Shown one piece after another: positions 19,831 through 29,078 of a DNA stretch of 64,000 nucleotides. The position numbers were made by a program, and so were the translations under genes. Positions within the stretch are counted from its first letter, which is position 1; each line of letters starts with the position of its first letter. This stretch comes from Candidatus Velthaea sp. GTDB lineage: Bacteria; Vulcanimicrobiota; Vulcanimicrobiia; Vulcanimicrobiales; Vulcanimicrobiaceae. The notes beneath the pieces were generated by a model. It was not told the DNA's origin. It saw nothing but the letters and a program-made list of their open reading frames with translations, and did no database searches. The DNA lies in NCBI GenBank assembly GCA_050012475.1, contig JBEKHC010000005.1:18587-82586 (forward strand), read 5' to 3'.

Positions 19831-20724
19831 ATGGGCGACCCTTCTTCCGACGCCGATCGTTTGGCGGAGTTTAGCCAGTATCGACCGCTTCTATTTTCGA
19901 TCGCGTATCGCATGCTCGGCACCGTGACGGACGCCGAGGATATGCTTCAAGAAGCTTTTATTCGCTTGCAGCGTTCGACCGACGAGGATATACGTAACCC
20001 TCGGGCGTTTCTGCTGACGATCATCACGAGGCTGTGTCTCAATCAATTGCAGTCGTCGCGAGTGAAACGTGAGCAGTACATCGGCCACTGGCTGCCCGAG
20101 CCGATCGTGACCGACGACCCGAACGATCCGCTGGCTGTCCTCCGAGTTGATGAATCGCTTTCGATGGCGCTACTGGTGTTGCTTGAGCGCCTTACGCCGG
20201 TAGAGCGCGCGGTGTTCATACTGCGGGAGGTCTTCGACTTCAAGTATCCGGAGATCGCCGCGACTCTAGGTCAAACTGAAGCGAATTGCCGGCAGCTGCT
20301 CCATCGAGCTCGAGGACACATCGGAACCATACGCCGCCGCTCCAGGGTGTCGATGCCGCAGCACAGAATCCTTGTCGAGCGATTTATCGAAGCCACGCGC
20401 ACCGGTGATCTGAATGGGCTACTGGCCTTGCTTTCCAGCGATGTTCGTTTGCACAGCGACGGCGGCGGCAAAGGGAAGGCCGTCTCCAACATCGTCAACG
20501 GATCGGACAAAGTTGGACGGGCAGTGATACTTGGTATGGCGCATTACCTTCCGCGCGAGTTGGTGTCCAAACCTACGTGGATCAACGGCGACCCTGGCGT
20601 GGTTTCCTATTTGAACGGAACCCCGTACTCCGTTCTCGCCTTGGATGTTTGCGACGGTTTGGTGAAAACACTGTTTGTCGTTACGAATCCCGATAAGCTT
20701 ACGCACCTTCCAATGCAGCCATGA
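19831..20724 (+). CDS. sigJ: ECF41 (SigJ-like) sigma-70 factor with SnoaL-like C-terminal extension
   Basis: IAYRMLG..DAED, YIGHWLPEP, LERLTPVERAVFILRE, DGGGK and NPDKL ECF41 signatures. Confidence 0.92.
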   Translation: MGDPSSDADRLAEFSQYRPLLFSIAYRMLGTVTDAEDMLQEAFIRLQRSTDEDIRNPRAFLLTIITRLCLNQLQSSRVKREQYIGHWLPEPIVTDDPNDPLAVLRVDESLSMALLVLLERLTPVERAVFILREVFDFKYPEIAATLGQTEANCRQLLHRARGHIGTIRRRSRVSMPQHRILVERFIEATRTGDLNGLLALLSSDVRLHSDGGGKGKAVSNIVNGSDKVGRAVILGMAHYLPRELVSKPTWINGDPGVVSYLNGTPYSVLALDVCDGLVKTLFVVTNPDKLTHLPMQP

Positions 20725-20747
20725 CTTCGCTGCAGCCATGACCTCGC
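20714..20747 (+). repeat. 17-bp tandem duplication spanning the sigJ stop codon
   Basis: TGCAGCCATGACTTCGC / TGCAGCCATGACCTCGC. Confidence 0.7.
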
Positions 20748-20759
20748 TCCGACTCGTCC

Positions 20760-21380
20760 TCAATCCGAAAAGCCGACGATTTGTCGAGAGTAGGATTGTT
20801 GCTCCATGGCTTGGACCATGAAGTCGCCGACGTTTGCACGCGAGGCCGTAAAGCCCATGAACGGGAGATGCCCGATACGAACGCGAGATTTCCCAGAGCG
20901 CGTTTTATTTGTCAACTGTGGAGGACGGACGATCGTCCAATTGAGTCCGCTTTCCTGAACGATCGTCTCCATGGCGGCGCAGTCGGCAACGTGGTGTTTG
21001 AAGAGCAGCTGACCAAACGGGTACGTCGGCGGCAAGACGGAATCCCGAAATAGAAATGCGACCGATAAGATTATCAGACGCGAAACGTCGCTTTCAGCCA
21101 TGGCAGCGGTCAGTGAGCGAGCGAAAGGCGCGACCAATTGTTCTCTGCTCCTGGGATCTCGTGGACCGAAGGCGGACAACACGGCATCATGCCCCGAGAT
21201 TACCCGTGTGAGGTCGGCCGCGTTCAGGGGGCTGCCCTTGATGATATCGACGTTCGGCGCGAACGGAGCAAGCCTCTGCCCGGAACGAACGAACGCCGTT
21301 ACGGAATGCCCCCGCTCGATCGCGCGCTTCACGATTTCAATCCCGGTGCCGCCAGTTGCTCCTAACACTACGAATTTCAT
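20760..21380 (-). CDS. NAD(P)H-binding flavin reductase-like (BLVRB-type) oxidoreductase
   Basis: VLGATGGTG, DAVLSAFG, SGLNWTIVRPP. Confidence 0.88.
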   Translation of the reverse strand: MKFVVLGATGGTGIEIVKRAIERGHSVTAFVRSGQRLAPFAPNVDIIKGSPLNAADLTRVISGHDAVLSAFGPRDPRSREQLVAPFARSLTAAMAESDVSRLIILSVAFLFRDSVLPPTYPFGQLLFKHHVADCAAMETIVQESGLNWTIVRPPQLTNKTRSGKSRVRIGHLPFMGFTASRANVGDFMVQAMEQQSYSRQIVGFSD

Positions 21381-21390
21381 CGGAAGTGAA

Positions 21391-21417
21391 GACCGTCATA
21401 AGGCGCCGCTTGTGACA
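21391..21417 (-). promoter_or_regulatory. ECF41 (SigJ)-type promoter, probably for a leaderless mRNA
   Basis: Minus strand TGTCACA-N16-GGTC ending 10 nt before ATG 21380, with no RBS. Confidence 0.7.
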
Positions 21418-21639
21418 GACCGGGTCGCCTCAAAACAGGGGCGGGTTGCAATTCAATCGGATCACGAGATCGAGGCCCATAGGGATTGCGGATGTGGCCG
21501 ACCCATCGGGCGCCTTCGACGAACATATTGGGATGCTCTGATTTCGCCCTGGACGTCGTCGCTACGCGGCTCATTGGCTAAACAACCTTCGCCGCTATGC
21601 TCCTGGGCAGGGCGAAATAAGCGCATCCCAAGCTCGCGT

Positions 21640-22950
21640 TTAGTACGTGCGCAGGTAGGCTTCGTGCTCCCACGGGTGGACGGCGCGCCGATAGCGCTCG
21701 TACTCGGCGACCTTCGCGTCGCGGAACGCATGATAGATATGATCGCCCAGCGCGCCGCGCACGATGATGTCCTTGTCGAGTTCGGTGATCGCTGCGCGCA
21801 GCGATTTCGGCAGCGTGACGATGCCGCGTTCGTTGCGCACTTTTTCGGACAGCTCGTAGGTCGAGCCGGTGAACGGATCGCCCGGCAAGGCGCGGCTGCG
21901 AATGCCTTCAGCGATCGATTCGACGAGCACCGCCATCGCCAGGTACGGGTTGCACGATGCGTCGGGGCTGCGGACTTCGATGAGCGGCTGCCCTTCGACC
22001 GCCGGCGGGACCCGCACCAGCGCGTTGGCGCTGCGCTGCGACCACACGGTATAGATCGGTGCGTCCCAGGCGGCGACGAGCCGCTTGTACGAATTGACGG
22101 TGGGATTGCAGACCGCGGTGAAGCCCGGGGCGTGTTCGAGCAAGCCGGCGATGGCGTGGAGCCGGATGGCTTCGTCGACGTCGCCCAAGCTGAAATAGAC
22201 GTGGAGTCCGTTGCCGGCTTGGTTTTCCAGCGGTTTGGGCATGAACGTCGCGTGCAGGCCATTTTGATCGGCAACGTGCTTGATGATGCCGCGCACGGTG
22301 ATGAGATGATCGGCGGTCGAGAGCGCGCCGGTCGCCGCTAGATCGATTTCATGTTGACCCGCGCCGTGTTCGTGGTGCGCGCTCGAGACGCCGATACCCA
22401 TCGCTTCGAGCGATGAGACCATCGCCGTGCGGGTGATGTCGCCGCGGTCGCTGGGCGAGAAGTCGAAGTAGGATCCGTTGTCGAGCGCCTGGGTCGTGGG
22501 CGTGCCGTCGGCAAGCTTGGTGAAGAGATAGAATTCGACTTCGAGCGCCGTGCGCACGCGCGACACGACGTCGCCGGCATCTTCGAGCACGCGCTTGAGC
22601 GTCGAGCGCGGGCAGCCCTCGAACGGCGTTCCGTCGGGCATTGCGATGTCGCACAGGATGCGCGCTTCGGCGGCGCCGTCGCGCGTCCAGGGCAGGATCG
22701 CGAACGTCGCCGGATCGGGCCGCAAGGTCATGTCGACCTCTTCACCCCGCACGAATCCGTCGATCGATCCGCCGTCGAAGGTGACGTGGCCGCCCAGCGC
22801 GCGCTCCAACTCGCTGGCCGGGATCATGATGTTCTTCTCGATGCCCAGGATGTCGACGAAGGCCAGCCGCACGTAACGGACGCCGCGTTCTTTGGCGGTT
22901 TTGAGAATTTCGCGGCGCGCTGCGGCGCCGTCCTTAACCGCCGAGAGCAT
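21640..22950 (-). CDS. Glutamine synthetase family protein (GSI-alpha-like, non-canonical active site)
   Basis: FDGGSIDGF, EVEFYLF, HHEHGAGQHEI, TFMPKP, NSYKRL, IEVRSPD..CNPYLA; start ATG 22950. Confidence 0.88.
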   Translation of the reverse strand: MLSAVKDGAAARREILKTAKERGVRYVRLAFVDILGIEKNIMIPASELERALGGHVTFDGGSIDGFVRGEEVDMTLRPDPATFAILPWTRDGAAEARILCDIAMPDGTPFEGCPRSTLKRVLEDAGDVVSRVRTALEVEFYLFTKLADGTPTTQALDNGSYFDFSPSDRGDITRTAMVSSLEAMGIGVSSAHHEHGAGQHEIDLAATGALSTADHLITVRGIIKHVADQNGLHATFMPKPLENQAGNGLHVYFSLGDVDEAIRLHAIAGLLEHAPGFTAVCNPTVNSYKRLVAAWDAPIYTVWSQRSANALVRVPPAVEGQPLIEVRSPDASCNPYLAMAVLVESIAEGIRSRALPGDPFTGSTYELSEKVRNERGIVTLPKSLRAAITELDKDIIVRGALGDHIYHAFRDAKVAEYERYRRAVHPWEHEAYLRTY

Positions 22951-24169
22951 CGATCGCAATCGCCGCGCGCAGCGTGAGCTGGTCGTGCGGACTGTCGAGG
23001 TCGAGACCGCCGATCTCGGCAATCTGACGGAGCCGGTAAAACACCGTATGCCGGTGGACGTTGAGCGAGGCGGCCGCGACTTTGATGTTCTGACCGACGT
23101 CGAAGAACAAGCGCAGCGTGCGAACCAGTTCGGTCTGATGCTTTTCGTCGTAGCCGCGCAGCGGTTCGAGGACGCGGTCGGCGAAGGCTTGCCATTCGAC
23201 GCGGTTGACGCCGCCGCGGTACAGCAGCGGGTAGACGCCCAGGTCGTCGTGCGGCATCACCCGGGCACCGCCGAACATGCGCCGTGCGATCGTCAACGCT
23301 TCGCGCGCTTCATCGACGCTCTGGGCGACCCGCAGCATATCGGCGTGCTGGCCGACGCCGCCGACCACCTTCACGTCGATTCCGGCGCGCGTGATGCCGC
23401 GCGGGATCAGCGTGGCCGCGGTGCGGGCGTTCTGCGCGTCGACTTCGTGGGGGGTCGGAACCAGGAACAGAAACCCGCCGCCGCGTTCGATCGCGACGAC
23501 GTCGCCGGTGCGCGACCCCAGGGTGTCCAGGCACACGCGCCGGATCTCGGCGTTCTTCTGCGGCGCGGTCGCTTCGTCGAGACCCTCGCCTTCGATCGCG
23601 ACCGCGACGTAGCCCGGCGCCAAAGCGATGCCGCGTGCGGTGGCGTCCTCGCGAGCTTCGATCGGATCGTCGTAGGCGCGAGCCAATAAGCGATCCCAAA
23701 ACGAACGCCGCCGCCCTTTGCTGCCGCCGTTATCGCGGGACATTTCGACGGCCACCGACGCAGCGGTGAGCCGAATCAAACCGTGCTTTCCCTCCAAACT
23801 TCCGGTCGCGGGAAAGATCGAAAGCCAGCCCAGCCGAGCCTCGCCGGCGCGAATGGGAAAGGCCCGCGACCGCGCGTCGGCCGGAGCGCCGAGTTCAACG
23901 CCGTCCGACGCGTCGCTGAGGTCGCGGGGCAGCAAATCACGGACCGACGGGGGCACCGAACGATCGCCGGTGCCGGCCAGCGCGAGGTGGCGCCACTCGG
24001 CGTCCTCGATGAGCACCGCCGCATCGAGCACCGATGCAAGATGTCCGGCCAGCGCCTGGGCACCTCCGCCGCCTGCTGCAATGCGTGCCAGCGCCTCGGC
24101 GAATGCGAGCAATGCATCCGCGCTGTCGCGGCGAACCCGCCGCGCATGAACAACGCTCTCCTCTTGCAT
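22934..24169 (-). CDS. PucR/CdaR family transcriptional regulator
   Basis: C-terminal ELVRTLRLFF..NIKVAAASLNVHRHTVFYRL HTH; start uncertain. Confidence 0.88.
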   Translation of the reverse strand: MQEESVVHARRVRRDSADALLAFAEALARIAAGGGGAQALAGHLASVLDAAVLIEDAEWRHLALAGTGDRSVPPSVRDLLPRDLSDASDGVELGAPADARSRAFPIRAGEARLGWLSIFPATGSLEGKHGLIRLTAASVAVEMSRDNGGSKGRRRSFWDRLLARAYDDPIEAREDATARGIALAPGYVAVAIEGEGLDEATAPQKNAEIRRVCLDTLGSRTGDVVAIERGGGFLFLVPTPHEVDAQNARTAATLIPRGITRAGIDVKVVGGVGQHADMLRVAQSVDEAREALTIARRMFGGARVMPHDDLGVYPLLYRGGVNRVEWQAFADRVLEPLRGYDEKHQTELVRTLRLFFDVGQNIKVAAASLNVHRHTVFYRLRQIAEIGGLDLDSPHDQLTLRAAIAIDALGG

Positions 24170-24475
24170 TACTCTCTCGCTTTCCTCGTCGCGGCAACTG
24201 CTGTCCTTTTGATTTGGTGGCCATGGGGCCGACGCGTGATGCTGTATTTGCTAACCGTCCATATTCTTGTCGGGGGCTGGGTGCTTTCACAGCATTTCCA
24301 GGCTCCGCCGTTACATTACGTGTTTGCGCTGCTGGGTTGGTTCGGTTACATGGCTGCGAATGGAATCGGTCGCCGTGCCGGTAAAGAAAACGTGGCACTC
24401 GCGATCACGATCGTTTCGAGCGTTTGTGTTCTTATGGCCTTTGCAATCGGCCAATGGGCCGTGAAGCCCTTCTAA
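24146..24475 (+). CDS. Hypothetical small membrane protein (about 4 TM segments)
   Basis: 109-aa hydrophobic ORF from ATG 24146. Confidence 0.65.
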   Translation: MNNALLLHYSLAFLVAATAVLLIWWPWGRRVMLYLLTVHILVGGWVLSQHFQAPPLHYVFALLGWFGYMAANGIGRRAGKENVALAITIVSSVCVLMAFAIGQWAVKPF

Positions 24476-24525
24476 AAACGCACGAAGGATTGTTCCCTTA
24501 CAGCTGAGCTGCAAGGCGGCAAGCG

Positions 24526-25860
24526 CTAACCGCCCGCACCGTTCCCGGATACGATCGTCTGGATCGTCGAGACGACGGTCAGCACGCCGACGATGACGAC
24601 CGTCGCCCAGGCGATCACGTTGAAGGCCAGGTTGTTGACGTAAGTGCCCATGAGCCGCGGGCGGTTGATGAGCAGGAGCATGAGCACTAGGACGACCGGC
24701 AGCAGCACCCCGTTGAGCACCTGGGAGTAGAAAATGATCGCGACCAGCGGTGCGCCCGGGATGAGAACGAACCCGCCGCCGATCACGATGAGCGCGAGAT
24801 AGAGCGAGTAGAAGACGGGCGCTTCGCGGAACCGGTTTTGGACGCCCGACTCGAAGCCGAAGGCTTCGCAAACGTAGTACGCCGTCGAGAGCGGCAGGAT
24901 CGATGCCGTGAAGACGGCCGCGTTGAGCAGTCCCAGCGCGAACAGCAGCGAGGCGTACTTTCCGGCAAGCGGAACGAGTGCGGTCGCGACGTCGCCGGCG
25001 TTCTCGACGTCCAGCGGTTTGGCGCCCGGCGCGAGATGGAGGTTGGCAACGAAGATCGTCGCGGCGCAGGCCACGATGATGAAATAAGCGATGACGTCGG
25101 TGATGATCGCGCCGGTCACGACGTCGATGCGAGAGTAGGGGTAGTCTTTGACGCGCACCCCTTTCTCGACGACGGCGGATTGAATGTAGAACTGCATCCA
25201 CGGCGAGATCGTGGTGCCGATGACGCCGATCGCCGTCAGCAGGTACGCTTGCGTGGGCTTGAAGTGCGGGATGAAGGTTTGAGCGAGCACCTCGTGCCAG
25301 GGCGGATGCACGAGAAAGCCGCTGACGACGTACGCCAAATACACCGTGCAGAAGGCGAAGAAGATCTTTTCGACGACCTTGTAGTTGCCGCGTGTCACCA
25401 TCAGGAAAACGAACACGGCCGCACCCACGACGAGCACGTATTTGTTGAGGAACGGAACGTAACTCTGAAACACCGGTGACGCGTACGCAATGCCGGCAAA
25501 CTCGGCCGCGGTGTTGCCCAGATCGCCGAAAACGAACAGCAAGAGCACGACGAAGGTCACCCGCACGCCGAAGTTCTCGCGGATCAGATCGGCCAGCCCC
25601 TTGCCGGTAACCGCGCCCATCCGCGCGCACATCTCCTGCGTGACGATCAGCGCCAGCGTCACCGGAATCAGCAGCCACAACATCGAGTAGCCGAATTGTG
25701 CGCCGGCGAGTGAATAGGTCTGGATGCCGCCGACGTCATTGTCGGCGTTGGCGGTGATGATCCCGGGGCCGATCACCGAGAAGAACATCACGAGCGTGCG
25801 GCCGAGACTAGGCCGCGCGGCCGGCGCCGGCCGGTTCGCTGCGGGAGGTTGCGTATCCAT
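24526..25860 (-). CDS. NRAMP-family divalent cation transporter, NRMT (Mg2+)-like
   Basis: GPGIITANADNDVGGI (not DPGN), QEMCARMG, GTTISPW; multi-TM. Confidence 0.88.
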   Translation of the reverse strand: MDTQPPAANRPAPAARPSLGRTLVMFFSVIGPGIITANADNDVGGIQTYSLAGAQFGYSMLWLLIPVTLALIVTQEMCARMGAVTGKGLADLIRENFGVRVTFVVLLLFVFGDLGNTAAEFAGIAYASPVFQSYVPFLNKYVLVVGAAVFVFLMVTRGNYKVVEKIFFAFCTVYLAYVVSGFLVHPPWHEVLAQTFIPHFKPTQAYLLTAIGVIGTTISPWMQFYIQSAVVEKGVRVKDYPYSRIDVVTGAIITDVIAYFIIVACAATIFVANLHLAPGAKPLDVENAGDVATALVPLAGKYASLLFALGLLNAAVFTASILPLSTAYYVCEAFGFESGVQNRFREAPVFYSLYLALIVIGGGFVLIPGAPLVAIIFYSQVLNGVLLPVVLVLMLLLINRPRLMGTYVNNLAFNVIAWATVVIVGVLTVVSTIQTIVSGNGAGG

Positions 25861-25862
25861 CC

Positions 25863-27188
25863 TTACCCTGCGGCCGTGGAGTGTGCTTGACGCGGGGGAC
25901 GTTTGGTGAAGCGCGGCAGTTTGCGTTTGAGCTTCTCGGGGATGAGTTCATCGATCGCATCGTCGACCGTCACGATGCCTTGCATTTTGCCGTCGTCGTC
26001 GAGCACGGGGCACGCGAGCAGATCGTAGCGAGCGATCATCGAGGCCACGTCTTCGGCCGTCGTATCGGCGCTGACGCTGACGATATCCGTTTCCATCACG
26101 TTGTCGACGGTGGCATCGGGCTTGGCCAGCAGCAAGGTCCGTAAACTCAAGACGCCCAGCAGTTTTTCGGACTGATCGGTCACGTAGAGATAATAGATGA
26201 ACTCGGTCTCCGGTCCGATTTCGCGGATCTTCTCGATCGTCGCGGCGATCGTGCGGTGCGGATAGATCCAGAGATAGTCGGTCGTCATCAGGCCGCCCGC
26301 GGTGTGATCGCCGTAGCTGACGAGTTCGCGCAGATCGTGCGCGGTCTCGGCGTCCATCTCCGCGAGTAGTTCGGCTTGTTTTTCTTCGGGAAGATCGCCG
26401 AGCAGATCGGCGGCGTCATCCGCGTCCATCTCCTCGATGATGTCGGCGGCGCGTTCGGTGCCCAGATCGTCGATGATCGCGCGCTGCGTGTCGGCGTCGA
26501 GATGTTCGAGCGCGTCGGCGGCGGTCTCGTCGTCGAGCGACCCCATCACGCGCGCGGCGTCTTGGGCAGAGAGATCGCCGATGATCTCGGCCAAGTCCGA
26601 GGGATGCAGCCGCGACAAGCGGCCTTCACTCACCGAGAGCTTGATCTCGTTGGGATTCAAGTCGCGGATCGGGGCGACGTTGTTCCAGGCGATGAGGTTG
26701 CGCGGCACACGGTCGACCAGATCGCGGGCCACTCGTCCCGCGCCGAGCCGGCGCAGCAAGCCCGCAACGCCCACCTCGGCCGCCACGACGCGCAGCGTGC
26801 CGCCGGTCATCGCCAGTTCGAGGTCGTTGATCCGCACGACCTTACGGCCGTCGACGTCCACGATCTGTTTGTCGAGCAGATCTTCCACCAGATACAGCGC
26901 GTCGTCGTCGGAGGGCGACGCGATGGTTGGAAACGCGTCGAGCAGCAGCGGGCCGTTGCGGTCGACGGACACCTCGGCGATCGGGACGATCCGCATTCCG
27001 TCCTTGGTCTTGATCTTGACGGCATCGATCCGCGGAAAGGTGTCTTCGGGATGCGAAATCAGGAAATCGACGATTTTTCCGGCCGGCGTGCGCGATGCGC
27101 TGCCTTTCACTTTGGCCGGCAAGCCGATGAATTCGGACAGGAAGCCGTCGCGAAAGGCTTCGGGCCGTTGCTCGACGTGGGGAGGCAT
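25863..27188 (-). CDS. Soluble PRC-barrel/MgtE N-domain/CBS-pair protein
   Basis: LLDKQIVDVDGRKVVRINDL, LHPSDLAEII, AGGLMTT, YYLYV, GIVTVDD; no TM domain. Confidence 0.88.
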   Translation of the reverse strand: MPPHVEQRPEAFRDGFLSEFIGLPAKVKGSASRTPAGKIVDFLISHPEDTFPRIDAVKIKTKDGMRIVPIAEVSVDRNGPLLLDAFPTIASPSDDDALYLVEDLLDKQIVDVDGRKVVRINDLELAMTGGTLRVVAAEVGVAGLLRRLGAGRVARDLVDRVPRNLIAWNNVAPIRDLNPNEIKLSVSEGRLSRLHPSDLAEIIGDLSAQDAARVMGSLDDETAADALEHLDADTQRAIIDDLGTERAADIIEEMDADDAADLLGDLPEEKQAELLAEMDAETAHDLRELVSYGDHTAGGLMTTDYLWIYPHRTIAATIEKIREIGPETEFIYYLYVTDQSEKLLGVLSLRTLLLAKPDATVDNVMETDIVSVSADTTAEDVASMIARYDLLACPVLDDDGKMQGIVTVDDAIDELIPEKLKRKLPRFTKRPPRQAHSTAAG

Positions 27189-27189
27189 G

Positions 27190-27663
27190 CTACCCCTCCC
27201 GGCGCGCGGCGGCCATGACGATCGCGATGAGCCCGAGCACAACGACTCCCCCGTAGACGATGGTGGACCGGCCGTGCAGCGCGTGATACTGCGGCGAGTT
27301 CACGTCGTTGACCGCGGCCATCGCGGGGACGATCGCGTGCGACTCGAACCAGACCAAGACCAGCGCCATCGCGACCAGCAGCGCGCGCACGAAGTCGAAG
27401 ATCCGATCGCCGGCTTCGAGCGAACGCCACACGGCCATCAGGATCGCGATGCCCCCACAAATGTACCCCATGATCGCCAGCGCCGCCAAGATTGACGAAG
27501 TGAGCGCCGCGAAGCGGGTCACGTCCAGGGGTGCGACGATGCGGAAGGCGATCGGAGCGAAAATGAAGGCAAAACCGCACAGGGCGCCGAGCCACAGGCC
27601 CAGGGCCGGAATCTCGATCGCCGCGAGGATGCGGTCGACGCGGGAGCGATTACCTGTCCACAC
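27190..27663 (-). CDS. DUF4149 (TMEM205-like) membrane protein
   Basis: LWLG..FAFIFAPIAF and YHALHGRS motifs. Confidence 0.75.
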   Translation of the reverse strand: MWTGNRSRVDRILAAIEIPALGLWLGALCGFAFIFAPIAFRIVAPLDVTRFAALTSSILAALAIMGYICGGIAILMAVWRSLEAGDRIFDFVRALLVAMALVLVWFESHAIVPAMAAVNDVNSPQYHALHGRSTIVYGGVVVLGLIAIVMAAARREG

Positions 27664-27690
27664 AGCCCATCGTTACGTTCGAGGAGAGCC

Positions 27691-28446
27691 GTGGACCCGC
27701 TCGATTTCATCATCTCGCTCGCTCGCGAGGCGGGGACATTGCTCATGGAACGGCTCGACGGGCCGCGCGAGATCGCCTTCAAGCACCGCGCCGACTTGGT
27801 CACCGACGCCGACCGCGCCTCCGAAGCGCTCATCGTCGAGCGGATCCATGCCGCCTTCCCCAACGCGGCCATTCTCGGCGAAGAGGGCGGCGTGTATGCC
27901 GGCGCCGGCGACGAGCGGTTCATTGTCGATCCGCTCGACGGAACCACGAACTACGCGCATCGCTATCCGCTGTTCTGCGTTTCGATCGCTTACGAACGCG
28001 CGGGCCGGCTCGAGGCCGGCGCCGTCTACGGACCGATGATCGGCGAGCTGTATGCCGCGCGGCGCGGGCAACCCGCGACCCTCAACGGCAAGCCGATCGC
28101 CGTTTCACCGATTCCCGCGGTGAGCGAGGCACTCGTTTGTACGGGATTCATCCCTTCGCGCTACGAGCGCAACGCCGCCAATTTCGCCGCGCTGTCGCAC
28201 GTCGCGCAAGCCGTCCGGCGCGACGGGTCGGCCGCGCTCGACATCGCGTTCGTGGCGGCGGGACGGTTCGAGTCGTTTTGGGAGTGGGATCTCAACCCGT
28301 GGGATATGGCTGCCGGCGTGGTCATCGTCGAAGCGGCCGGCGGCACGGTCACCGCGATCGACGGCTCGCCGCTCGATCTTACCAACGGGTCGATCTTGGC
28401 GTCCAATGGGGCCACCCACGACGAGATGGTCGGGCTGCTGGTCTAG
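27691..28446 (+). CDS. suhB: Inositol monophosphatase family protein
   Basis: DLVTDADRASE, ILGEE, IVDPLDGTTNY, GSAALD, PWDMAAG. Confidence 0.92.
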   Translation: MDPLDFIISLAREAGTLLMERLDGPREIAFKHRADLVTDADRASEALIVERIHAAFPNAAILGEEGGVYAGAGDERFIVDPLDGTTNYAHRYPLFCVSIAYERAGRLEAGAVYGPMIGELYAARRGQPATLNGKPIAVSPIPAVSEALVCTGFIPSRYERNAANFAALSHVAQAVRRDGSAALDIAFVAAGRFESFWEWDLNPWDMAAGVVIVEAAGGTVTAIDGSPLDLTNGSILASNGATHDEMVGLLV

Positions 28447-28505
28447 CCCCGGAAAGAGGCTCGCGGCGCACGATATTCGGGCGGCACGGCGGGTACGAGA
28501 CGGCA

Positions 28506-28769
28506 ATGCGTTCGCGCTTCGAGTTTGCTTTGTATCCCCTGGAACCGGACGACGTGGCCGGCGGGATCGATCCGACGTTGGCGCTCATGGGGGCGCAGGG
28601 GTGGGAAATTCGGGGGATCGCCCAGGGGCCCGACGGCGGGCTTACGTTTGCGCTGCAGCGTCCCATGGGTGAGGAGCTGCCGTTGCCGGACGCGCCGACG
28701 CTGGCTGCGACCCTGGAGGAACCGTTGGCCGCCCCGGACCGCGAGGAGCTGGAACTGCCGCAGGTCTAG
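28506..28769 (+). CDS. Hypothetical protein (DUF4177-like)
   Basis: RFEF...LALMGAQGWEI...FALQRP pattern. Confidence 0.55.
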   Translation: MRSRFEFALYPLEPDDVAGGIDPTLALMGAQGWEIRGIAQGPDGGLTFALQRPMGEELPLPDAPTLAATLEEPLAAPDREELELPQV

Positions 28770-28960
28770 GCTGCTTCGACTGGGCGGGCGCAGGCCGGGC
28801 AGCTCAGGCCGGACGCGGAGCGCAGCACGTGGGTGCCGCACCAGCCGCTGCCGCAGGCGCATACGTAGCGGACGTGGCCGCGACAGAGCGCCTGCGACCG
28901 GGTCGTGCCCGAACAGTGAAGTTTCGGCGCGCCGACCACCGTCAGCGTTTGGGGGTTCAT
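28766..28960 (-). CDS. Small Cys-rich putative zinc-finger protein
   Basis: 64 aa with C..C..CAC..WCGTH..CPAC. Confidence 0.6.
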   Translation of the reverse strand: MNPQTLTVVGAPKLHCSGTTRSQALCRGHVRYVCACGSGWCGTHVLRSASGLSCPACARPVEAA

Positions 28961-29078
28961 ACATCTCGTATCGACCTAGCGAGCGCGATTCTGGAGCCGG
29001 CGGCGCTGCTTTGCGAAAGATTTGTTACCTGCGACAAAGGACGGGCTCGGCTTGATCCGGTGCCGAACGATAGGTACG

